DNA of 64,000 nt from an uncultured Flavobacteriaceae bacterium. Its GTDB lineage: Bacteria > Bacteroidota > Bacteroidia > Flavobacteriales > Flavobacteriaceae. The notes under the pieces were generated by a model that worked only from the letters and a program-made list of their open reading frames with translations, was not told the DNA's origin and made no database searches. Within the stretch, counting starts at the first letter, position 1. Every line of letters begins with the position of its first letter. The DNA lies in the NCBI GenBank assembly GCA_963811195.1, contig CAWEQF010000006.1, forward strand, positions 24,905 to 88,904, in the 5' to 3' direction. Made by a program: the position numbers and the translations under genes. Positions 58,786 to 64,000 of the stretch are shown in pieces.

Positions 58786-59667
58786 TCAGTTATTTTTTTT
58801 AGATCGAATCATAGCTTCCAGCTGATCCCATAATTCTTCAGGAATAGCTTCCAGGATGTTAAACTGGCCTGCACCTTTTAGCCATTCGCCTCCATCGATG
58901 GTTATTACTTCGCCATTTACATAAGCAGAAAAATCTGATACCAGATATGCTGCAAGATTTGCAAGTTCCTGATGTTCTCCCACTCGTTTTAAAGGCACTT
59001 TTTTAGCAAGGTCGAATTTTTCTTTTAAATCTCCGGGAAGTAACCTGTCCCAGGCGCCCTTGGTAGGAAATGGGCCGGGGGCAATGGCGTTCGATCGAAT
59101 CCCATATTTAGCCCATTCTACAGCCAGAGAACGTGTCATTGCCAGCACTCCTGCTTTTGCCGTGGCGCTTGGAACCACATATGCAGAGCCTGTCCAGGAA
59201 TAGGTAGTAACAATATTAAGTATGGTTTTATTTTCCTGTTTTTTATCTATCCAGTGCTTTCCAAAAGCAAGCGTACAGTTTTTACTTCCTTTTAAAACAA
59301 TATCTATAATGGTATCGAATGCGTGAGCACTTAATCTTTCGGTGGGAGATATAAAGTTTCCTGCAGCGTTGTTCAATAAAACATCAGCTTTTCCATATTC
59401 CGAAATTACTCCTTCCAGCATTTTTTCTACTTCCTCATAATTCCGAACATCGCACTGAAGAGGAAGACATTTCCCTATAGTTTCTGCTTCCAGTTCTTTG
59501 GCGGTATTCTGAAGTTTTTCAAGATTTCTGGAAGTAATGGCAACTTCTGCACCCAATTCCATAAAGTAACGGCTCATTGCTTTTCCCAATCCGCTGCCAC
59601 CGCCGGTAACTACAATGGTTTTACCTTTTAGCGCGTTGTCCCGAAGCATTTTTTTTGTGTAGTCCAT
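58786..59667 (-). CDS. SDR oxidoreductase, 2,4-dienoyl-CoA reductase-like
   Basis: TGGGSGLG, NNAAGNF, SATAKAGV, IAPGP. Confidence 0.87.
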   Translation of the reverse strand: MDYTKKMLRDNALKGKTIVVTGGGSGLGKAMSRYFMELGAEVAITSRNLEKLQNTAKELEAETIGKCLPLQCDVRNYEEVEKMLEGVISEYGKADVLLNNAAGNFISPTERLSAHAFDTIIDIVLKGSKNCTLAFGKHWIDKKQENKTILNIVTTYSWTGSAYVVPSATAKAGVLAMTRSLAVEWAKYGIRSNAIAPGPFPTKGAWDRLLPGDLKEKFDLAKKVPLKRVGEHQELANLAAYLVSDFSAYVNGEVITIDGGEWLKGAGQFNILEAIPEELWDQLEAMIRSKKNN

Positions 59668-59672
59668 GGTTA

Positions 59673-59711
59673 GTTAGAAAGTTAAAAAGTTAGAAAGTGA
59701 AAAGTTAGAAA
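59673..59711 (-). repeat. 5 x 7-8-bp tandem tract upstream of the SDR start
   Basis: gttagaaa gttaaaaa gttagaaa gtgaaaa gttagaaa. Confidence 0.78.
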
Positions 59712-59721
59712 TAATAAATTA

Positions 59722-61851
59722 CTATTCGTCCAATAAAATTTCCAGTAATTGAATAGCTGCATCGCTAATTTTAGTGCCGGGACCAAAAACCGCTGCCGCT
59801 CCTGCATCGAATAAAAACTGATAATCCTGAGATGGAATCACACCTCCAACAATTACCATAATATCTTCGCGATCGTGTTTTTTAAGTTCTTCAATAACCT
59901 GCGGGACCAGCGTTTTATGGCCGGCAGCCAACGAAGAAACTCCCAGAATGTGCACATCGTTTTCTACCGCTTGTTTAGCGGCTTCAGCCGGAGTTTGAAA
60001 TAATGGGCCTATATCTACATCGAATCCAAGATCGGCATATCCTGTTGCTACCACTTTTGCTCCCCGATCATGGCCGTCCTGTCCCATTTTTGCAATCATT
60101 ATTCTAGGGCGACGCCCGTCTTTTTCCGCGAATTTATCGGCAAGTTTCCTCGCTCTTTTAAAGGATTCGTTGTCTTTCATTTCTTTTGAATAAACTCCGC
60201 TAAAGGATTGTATTTTCGCCTTATATCTGCCAAATTCTTCCTCCAGAGCATCACTTATTTCGCCAAGAGTTGCTCTGTGCCGGGCAGCTTCTACCGCTAA
60301 AGCTAATAAATTCTGATCTCCTTTTTTTGCTGCACCGGTTAAATTAGCCAGAGCTTCTTTAACTTTTTTAGGATTTCTCTCCGCTTTTATTTTTTTAAGC
60401 CTTGCGATCTGCTGTTTTCTAACCGTTTGATTATCTACTTCGAGCGTGACCAAAGGTTCTTCTTTTTCCAGTCGATATTTATTATTTCCCACAATTATAT
60501 CGGTGCCACTGTCAATTCTAGCCTGTTTTTTAGCCGCGGCTTCTTCAATTCGTAATTTTGGGATTCCTGCTTCAATAGCTTTGGTCATTCCGCCAAGATC
60601 TTCCACTTCCTGGATTAATTTCCAGGCTTTTTCTGCAATTTCTTCAGTAAGACTTTCCACGTAATAACTTCCGGCCCATGGATCTACCGTTTTGGTGATA
60701 TTGGTTTCCTGCTGAAGATATAATTGGGTATTTCTGGCGATTCTTGCCGAAAAATCTGTGGGAAGGGCGATGGCTTCATCTAAGGCATTTGTATGTAAAC
60801 TTTGAGTTCCTCCAAAAGCAGCCGCGGCGGCTTCTATGCAAGTACGGGCTACGTTATTGAAAGGATCCTGTTCGGTTAAACTCCATCCGCTGGTTTGAGA
60901 ATGCGTTCGCAAAGCGAGTGATTTTTCATTTTTCGGATGGAACTGTTTTACAATTTTAGCCCATAACATTCGTGCTGCCCGCATTTTTGCTATTTCCATA
61001 AAATGATTCATTCCAATAGCCCAGAAAAATGAAAGTCGGGGGGCAAAGCTGTCGATATCCATCCCCGCTTCCAAACCTTTCCGAATATATTCCAATCCGT
61101 CGGCTAAAGTGTACGCTAATTCGATATCGCAGGTGGCTCCGGCTTCCTGCATATGATAGCCCGAAATACTTATACTGTTGAATTTGGGCATATTTTTGGA
61201 AGAATATTCAAAAATATCGGAAATAATCTTCATCGAGGGAGCAGGAGGGTAGATGTACGTGTTACGTACCATGAATTCCTTTAAAATGTCATTTTGAATA
61301 GTTCCCGATAATAGTTCCGGTTTTACCCCCTGTTCTTCCGCAGCCACGATATAAAAAGCCATAATGGGAAGCACAGCGCCATTCATAGTCATGGAAACCG
61401 ACATTTTATCCAGCGGGATCTGATCGAAAAGAATTTTCATATCCTCTACCGAATCTATTGCAACCCCGGCTTTTCCAACATCACCCACCACGCGTTCATG
61501 ATCGCTGTCGTAACCCCTGTGTGTTGGCAAATCGAAAGCTACGGACAGCCCTTTTTGGCCCGCGGCAAGGTTTCTTCGGTAAAAGGCATTGCTTTCTTCG
61601 GCAGTCGAAAATCCGGCGTATTGGCGTATGGTCCAGGGGCGGCTCACATACATCGTGCTGTAGGGACCTCGTAAATAAGGAGGAATTCCAGCGGCAAATT
61701 TTAAATGTTCTGTATTTTCAAGATCTTTTTGGGTATAAAGCTGTTTTAGCTTGATCCCTTCTGAAGTTTTGAATTTCTTCTGCACCTCCAAATTTTTCTT
61801 CTGAAGAACTGAATCTTTTAATTTTATATCCTGAAGATTTTTTCTACTCAT
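59722..61851 (-). CDS. scpA: Methylmalonyl-CoA mutase, catalytic subunit
   Basis: [18 protein letters not shown]12 motif GQDGHDRG. Confidence 0.97.
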   Translation of the reverse strand: MSRKNLQDIKLKDSVLQKKNLEVQKKFKTSEGIKLKQLYTQKDLENTEHLKFAAGIPPYLRGPYSTMYVSRPWTIRQYAGFSTAEESNAFYRRNLAAGQKGLSVAFDLPTHRGYDSDHERVVGDVGKAGVAIDSVEDMKILFDQIPLDKMSVSMTMNGAVLPIMAFYIVAAEEQGVKPELLSGTIQNDILKEFMVRNTYIYPPAPSMKIISDIFEYSSKNMPKFNSISISGYHMQEAGATCDIELAYTLADGLEYIRKGLEAGMDIDSFAPRLSFFWAIGMNHFMEIAKMRAARMLWAKIVKQFHPKNEKSLALRTHSQTSGWSLTEQDPFNNVARTCIEAAAAAFGGTQSLHTNALDEAIALPTDFSARIARNTQLYLQQETNITKTVDPWAGSYYVESLTEEIAEKAWKLIQEVEDLGGMTKAIEAGIPKLRIEEAAAKKQARIDSGTDIIVGNNKYRLEKEEPLVTLEVDNQTVRKQQIARLKKIKAERNPKKVKEALANLTGAAKKGDQNLLALAVEAARHRATLGEISDALEEEFGRYKAKIQSFSGVYSKEMKDNESFKRARKLADKFAEKDGRRPRIMIAKMGQDGHDRGAKVVATGYADLGFDVDIGPLFQTPAEAAKQAVENDVHILGVSSLAAGHKTLVPQVIEELKKHDREDIMVIVGGVIPSQDYQFLFDAGAAAVFGPGTKISDAAIQLLEILLDE

Positions 61852-63232
61852 TTCCGGTTGATTTTTCCTCTCCTTCCAATCGCAATTTTTCTTCTTTTTC
61901 TGCCAATCTCCTTTCTAAAATAGGTTGAATTAAGGTTTTGCGCGGATTCATTTTAAGAAACGGATAAAGTTCGAGATCATTTTTCATCGTATCCTGTGGG
62001 TTCTCGTATTTATTTGTTCCTATCAAAATAAGCTTATCATCATCAAATAATTGCTGCTCTTGTTCTGAACTCTCATTTATTTTTTTCTGAATGGTGCCGT
62101 TTTTCAACTCTTTTAGAAATCCACCACCTTTTTCAATTTCTTTAAAAATCTCCAATGCTTTTAAGGCAAATTGCGAAGTAAGATTTTCTATATAATAAGC
62201 GCCTTCTACCGCATTGGAAACTTTGTTGAAATAACTTTCATTTTTAAGAATTAAAAGCTGATTACGAGCGATTCTATCTCCAAATTCATTGTTTTTATGA
62301 TAAATGGCATCATAAGGTAGATTATAAATTACATTGGCGCCGCCTAAAATTGCACTCATACTTTGAGTGGTAGTTCGCAGCAGGTTCACATTATAATCGT
62401 ACAACGTTTTATCCCGTTTAGTGGGAACCGCAATTATCCTGCAGGTTTCAGGCAAATCGTATTCTGCAGCCAGGGAAGCATATAATAATCGTAAGGCTCT
62501 TATTTTAGCTATTTCAAAAAAATAATTAGAACCTACCGAAATACAAAACTGTAATTCCTGGTTATTCAGTTTCTCTTTAAAGTGATTTAAATATTCATTT
62601 ATATGAGCTAAAGAATACGCCAGTTCTTGCGGAATAGTGGCCCCGGCATTTTGATAAAGTGTCGCATCGACAGATAATATGGACTTAAAAGAAGTATTTT
62701 TTTCGATACTATTTTCGGCAATTTTATGATCTTCATTTAAATTATGAAACCAGTTGCCTGATCTTGCCAGATTCCCCACAATGTCAATTTGTAAAGAAAC
62801 CAGATGTTTTTTATCTGAAAAAAAGTTGGAAACCTTCAGTATAAATTCATCAGAAAGAAATTCAAAGGCAAGAAAGATAGGGGTGTTTTGAATATCGATT
62901 TCAGAAAACAAAATGTTAAGATCAGTTTTTTCTGAAGGAATAATAAACCATAAACTTTCTGCGCCTTTTGTTAATGCCTCTTTTGCGTGATTATTACTTT
63001 TTGAAGCGGAAGCAACATATATTTTTTCGCAAATTTTCCAGTTAACCGGGGAGGGGATATGGTGAGGTTTTTCAGCATCATCAGGATGATAAAACGGTTT
63101 GATATCGATCCCGTGGCGACTTTTAAAAATTAACTTTTGGTTGTAATCGGCTCCTTTTAGATCATACTGAATTTTTTGCTTCCACTGTTTTGCAGAGACT
63201 TTCTCAAATTCCTGAAATAAAGGTGTGTCCAT
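61844..63232 (-). CDS. Methylmalonyl-CoA mutase small (beta) subunit
   Basis: [36 protein letters not shown]; no B12 domain. Confidence 0.9.
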   Translation of the reverse strand: MDTPLFQEFEKVSAKQWKQKIQYDLKGADYNQKLIFKSRHGIDIKPFYHPDDAEKPHHIPSPVNWKICEKIYVASASKSNNHAKEALTKGAESLWFIIPSEKTDLNILFSEIDIQNTPIFLAFEFLSDEFILKVSNFFSDKKHLVSLQIDIVGNLARSGNWFHNLNEDHKIAENSIEKNTSFKSILSVDATLYQNAGATIPQELAYSLAHINEYLNHFKEKLNNQELQFCISVGSNYFFEIAKIRALRLLYASLAAEYDLPETCRIIAVPTKRDKTLYDYNVNLLRTTTQSMSAILGGANVIYNLPYDAIYHKNNEFGDRIARNQLLILKNESYFNKVSNAVEGAYYIENLTSQFALKALEIFKEIEKGGGFLKELKNGTIQKKINESSEQEQQLFDDDKLILIGTNKYENPQDTMKNDLELYPFLKMNPRKTLIQPILERRLAEKEEKLRLEGEEKSTGNE

Positions 63233-63270
63233 TTTTTGGTTATTTTTTTGAATTCTGAAGGTCGAAGAAT

Positions 63271-63585
63271 TTAATTGATAGTATCGTAATCTATAATGTA
63301 AATATCTTCGTTGGGACGTTTCATATAATATTGCTGACGGGCAAAACTCTCCAGTTCCAAAGAATCATTAAGATTATCCATTGTAGCCTTATCTTTGGCT
63401 ATTTCGGTTTGATAATAGGCTTTATTGTTTTGCAACTCGTTTATTTGCTGGTTGAGTTCGCGGTGAGTTAGCCAGGAATTGCTATCCAAAAAAAGCATCC
63501 AAAACCCAAAAATAAGAAGTATTAGCACATATTTATTGCTTATAATTCTAAACCATTTCTTTTTTCGCAGTTGTTTTAAACTCAT
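63271..63585 (-). CDS. ftsB: FtsB/DivIC septum formation initiator
   Basis: TM helix, coiled coil, LESFARQQYYMKRPNE; TAATTTTG at 63630-63637. Confidence 0.85.
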   Translation of the reverse strand: MSLKQLRKKKWFRIISNKYVLILLIFGFWMLFLDSNSWLTHRELNQQINELQNNKAYYQTEIAKDKATMDNLNDSLELESFARQQYYMKRPNEDIYIIDYDTIN

Positions 63586-63634
63586 ATTGCTTATTGAAAT
63601 CTGAAGAGGTTGCTTTGGTTTTAAATATACAAAA

Positions 63635-64000
63635 TTATGTCAATCTGTCTTTGATTATTGTTTGAACGATATCAACAGCCACGGTATTATACCTGTTGGT
63701 GGGAATAATAATATCGGCAAATTCTTTAGTAGGCTCTATAAACTGCTGGTGCATGGGTTTTAGGGTGGTTTGATATCTCCATAAAACTTCCTCTATATCC
63801 CGACCTCGTTCACTAATATCACGCTTTAATCTGCGAATTAAACGTTCGTCACTATCTGCATGAACATAGATTTTTATGTCGAACATTTCCCGGATATCGG
63901 CATGGGTAAGAATTAAAATCCCTTCAACAATCACCACTTTTCGGGGATGAATTTCAATAGTTTCTCCGGTTCTGTTATGTTCTTTGAAGGAATATACAGG
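63635..64000 (-). CDS. udk: Uridine kinase (3' part; the 5' end lies beyond the window)
   Basis: VIVEGIL, RLIRRLKRDISERGR, KPMHQQFIEPTK..ADIIIP. Confidence 0.93.
   Translation of the reverse strand, partial: PVYSFKEHNRTGETIEIHPRKVVIVEGILILTHADIREMFDIKIYVHADSDERLIRRLKRDISERGRDIEEVLWRYQTTLKPMHQQFIEPTKEFADIIIPTNRYNTVAVDIVQTIIKDRLT

Overview
AT-rich, gene-dense chromosomal window from a Flavobacteriaceae (Bacteroidota) genome. The evidence is gldI, TAnnTTTG promoter elements, AT-rich leaders without an obvious Shine-Dalgarno and the gene content. A Gramella/Salegentibacter/Zunongwangia-like marine lineage is my guess, not a tested assignment. It holds about 55 mostly housekeeping genes, the majority on the minus strand: cca, tsaC, dapD, ruvX, def, mazG, aroE, purA, fur, rel, pepD, serB-serA fusion, gldI, ndk, recF, ribH, mutL, lepB, dapB, parAB, methylmalonyl-CoA mutase, ftsB and udk. 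It also has a 5-gene LPS-core/glycosyltransferase cassette and several paralog pairs (DUF368, ferritin-like, amidohydrolase, rhomboid). I saw no rRNA, tRNA, CRISPR array, transposase, integrase or prophage, and no unambiguous new multi-gene system. The best leads are: (1) three families of small intergenic repeats, namely a double-hairpin element with compensatory base changes next to stop codons, a 25-bp REP-like palindrome, and strand-polarised (T)AACTTT(T) tracts directly upstream of start codons; (2) a Tat/lipoprotein-exported pair of ferritin-like di-metal proteins with a candidate ECF promoter; (3) an exported amidohydrolase pair in which only one of three domains keeps its metal ligands; (4) a MutL with degenerate endonuclease motifs; (5) a single-base frameshift splitting an EEP-family gene. 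All family assignments come from motif recognition by eye, not from database searches.
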